Part shown: positions 62,501 through 64,000 of the stretch, piece by piece
Position numbering within the stretch: position 1 is the first letter of the stretch
Layout: each line of letters starts with the position of its first letter
Assembly: GCF_963853765.1 (NCBI RefSeq)
Contig: NC_088854.1
Span: 34,534,001 to 34,598,000 of the forward strand
From: Magallana gigas
Lineage: Eukaryota
Reading direction: 5' to 3'
DNA length: 64,000 nucleotides
The notes under the pieces: generated by a model
Told to the model about the DNA's origin: nothing
Seen by the model: only the letters and a program-made list of their open reading frames with translations
Databases searched by the model: none
Made by a program: the position numbers and the translations under genes

Positions 62501-63187
62501 TGACGTAGTGTCTTAACAAGTATATGTCTCGGTGTAGTAAAGTACCTTAAAGGGTATTAAAAATATCACTGACAATTTTAAAAATTGGAAATACGGGGAG
62601 GAAAATATTTCAATATTGAACCTAAAGTTAGTTGTGTAACGCTAAACGTAAGGGTTTTCAGTCTTAAGATCTCGATATAAGAAGCTTAACTTAAGATTAT
62701 CAGCACAAAACATTTAACACCGGTAAAAGGGAGTCTTACCTTAGGACGTAGTTGGTCTGGTCCGTACTGTCGCAGGTAAATGTGAAAGAACCTATCGTCC
62801 ACACCTGCCAACCAGCGAGGGTGGTGGATGTGAAATTAAGGGTTCCCTTGTGGCTATCATACCAAGAGTCAATGCCAGACGACCAAAAATTCCCCGGGAA
62901 GACGCATGTACTCTCTGAAAAATAATTTCACTGGTGGTTGAGCGCCTACATATTTATACGAACCAAATTGCATTGCTGGATCTATAATGATAACACTTTC
63001 GTTATGCTACTTTTACAATGATTCGGTATGAAGTATATGCATGCACCAACTCACAGTAGTATAGGAAAAATGATTTTATAAAGTCAGTATATTGAATTTC
63101 ATTGATCATTTGATCTTACAGACTTGATATTGAGTTACCTGTGCACACCAGAAGTGAGACAATGACAATCAAACTCCGGAAGTTCAT
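44589..63187 (-). CDS. Gene B: uncharacterised single-pass type-I membrane protein with a Cys-patterned ectodomain (possibly DUF7042-like) and a long charged cytoplasmic tail
   Basis: Exons 63187-63139 (signal peptide MNFRSLIVIVSLLVCT), 62914-62740, 60856-60756, 60585-60451, 58853-58680, 58372-58257, 57943-57817, 55784-55432 (TM VAIVLGLLAFLIVIAIVIALVYYCY, then KRKKR), 53391-53344, 52828-52475, 47642-(gap at 47305) and 44782-44589 (stop). All visible junctions are GT-AG and phase-compatible. The domain name is an unverified recollection. Confidence 0.85.
47101..47305. other. Assembly gap (205 N) interrupting gene B exon 11
   Basis: Run of N; the open frame ..KQYFDYAR runs into it. Confidence 0.99.
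48745..50344. mobile_element. PIF/Harbinger-type non-autonomous element (1600 bp)
   Basis: ~43-bp TIRs GGGACCAGGCAAAATTTATCAC..ATGGGACCGGTACAAA (2 mismatches), perfect TTA TSD (48742-44 / 50345-47), and subterminal TGTCCCAT repeats at both ends. GGG termini plus a TTA TSD are diagnostic of PIF/Harbinger. Confidence 0.85.
50480..50642. repeat. Long-hairpin repeat family H1, copy 4 (palindrome only)
   Basis: TGCAGGTTATGAAGGTAGCGATCATTGCAG..TGTCGCTACATTCATA..AAAGCATTTTATTGTT. Confidence 0.7.
53595..53835. repeat. Long-hairpin repeat family H3, copy 2 (right arm truncated)
   Basis: Colinear with 3107-3370. Confidence 0.7.
54030..54270 (-). repeat. Single Cg170-related monomer next to a GC hairpin (HINE fragment)
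   Basis: GACCCGGGGGAACCATTTGAACAAAGTTGAATCTA resembles the satellite monomer on the minus strand. Adjacent hairpin TGTGATCGGC-TTCG-GCCGTTCACA. Confidence 0.45.
54639..55131. mobile_element. Full-length TTAA MITE (Kolobok/piggyBac-like), 493 bp
   Basis: TIRs AGGGGCATGGTCACGATTTTGGTCAAA / TTTGACCAAAATCGTGACCATGCCCCT with perfect TTAA on both sides. Confidence 0.9.
56376..56563. repeat. Four-unit minisatellite with a conserved ~33-bp hairpin core and variable linkers
   Basis: TAACGTGCGG(GG)TTCCAGCAC(A)G.TAGCCC-like core at 56376, 56435, 56484 and 56531 (periods 59, 49, 47). Confidence 0.8.
59255..59585. repeat. Degenerate pentamer (ATATC/ATACA) repeat with a ~95-bp direct duplication
   Basis: GACACAATATTGTAAAATATAATA..GATCAAAT occurs at ~59263 and ~59357. 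Confidence 0.65.
59690..60185 (-). repeat. Cg170-like satellite array (~3 monomers)
   Basis: GAGGATGCTTCCATACAA-like cores at ~59740, ~59915 and ~60065; reverse complement of the 18710-19330 monomers. Confidence 0.75.
62210..62546. mobile_element. TTAA MITE (337 bp) carrying a tRNA-like Pol III module
   Basis: TIRs GGTGCCTCACTACACC / GGTGTAGTAAAGTACC with TTAA on both sides. Internal minus-strand A box TAGCTCAGTGG (62436-62426) and B box GTTCGAATCC (62401-62392). Confidence 0.75.
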
Positions 63188-63737
63188 ATTGTTTTAATCC
63201 ATATTGCTACTCCACATGATCTTGAAACAAGCGATTGTCAGTTGAGAGTTTCACATCTTTCTTCAGTAGTCGACGTGTATTGATTGAAATCGTTTCTATG
63301 TAATTATTCAGATTAGAATTTTAATCTTGCAGTCCATGGTCATTAATCGGTTATTATGGTAGTTTAATGGAGAGGATAATTCCAGATTAGTAAAGATCAA
63401 AATTTGATACATTCCAGGTCATTCTAAAACGTTGAATGGGCCATTGCAGACAAAATAAAGATGTTTACATGAAAACGGGAATATCATACATTATCATATT
63501 ACGTCCTCCCATGAAGATTTATCGTAACTTAAAAAGTTATATTCCTCTTAGAGCAGGTATTCGTAACTTCCAGACGTTCCAGTTAATCGGAGATAGGTAA
63601 TCAGTGCGGGAGTTTACAGATACGAATTTCCTACACCCACAAAAACAACATTTGGTGATGTTTAAATTTACAAACAGAAAACATCACCCTTAAACGAAAC
63701 CACATGAAAAAAACCCAAAAACAAAACAAAATAAAAC

Positions 63738-64000
63738 AACAAGAGGCTAATAGGCCTTAACGGTCACCTGAGTAGCATATAACCCATACACAAACTTGTC
63801 GAGGAGTCTCATATATTCATTTAATTGGGTTTCATGGAGAAGAAAAATTATAAATTTGTAATGACGACCTGACCTCCCTGCCTGAAATCTTTCAAAAAGA
63901 ACTATGAAACCTATAATTTTGGCGAAAAACTTAAAGATCTGGTCTACAAAATCATGAATTCAGTTTTCCTTTCAGGTGTGTGGGAGTCAAGAAGATAATT
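63738..64000 (-). mobile_element. HINE 3' end (runs off the window)
   Basis: AACAAGAGGCTAATAGGCC..GGTCACCTGAG is the reverse complement of the HINE 3' terminus type seen at 19513-19548. Confidence 0.55.

Noticed and set aside
2-64000. Prokaryotic or phage systems (operons, defence islands, retrons)
   Set aside because: Low coding density, spliceosomal introns and oyster-type repeats throughout; no sign of bacterial contamination or horizontal transfer.

Overview
AT-rich eukaryotic genomic DNA with spliceosomal introns. It is most likely Pacific oyster (Crassostrea/Magallana gigas) or a close relative, inferred from Cg170-like ~166-bp satellite monomers inside Helentron-type (HINE) elements. 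The supplied ORF track is largely uninformative because the real genes are multi-exon. Genes reconstructed by hand from splice sites and frame continuity: (1) RSPH1, radial spoke head 1 (minus strand, 7 coding exons, 311 aa). (2) Two convergently oriented, anciently duplicated paralogues encoding uncharacterised type-I membrane proteins with a signal peptide, a Cys-patterned ectodomain, one TM helix and a long unrelated cytoplasmic tail. Gene A is on + (17206-27059) and its exon 7 is locally wrecked; gene B is on - (63187-44589) and crosses a 205-N gap. (3) Four further phase-0 minus-strand exons (41881-40664) that are either a distal 3' end of gene B or a separate gene. The rest is transposon-dense: a decayed Sola2-like DDD transposase, a 2.8-kb element with perfect 30-bp TIRs and an unassigned decayed ORF, a PIF/Harbinger non-autonomous element, TTAA- and TA-flanked MITEs, a foldback element, a LINE 3' end, HINE/Cg170 arrays, three families of long-hairpin repeats, and tRNA-like Pol III modules. 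There are no rRNA genes, intact tRNA genes or CRISPR arrays. Family names come from recalled motifs and no searches were run.
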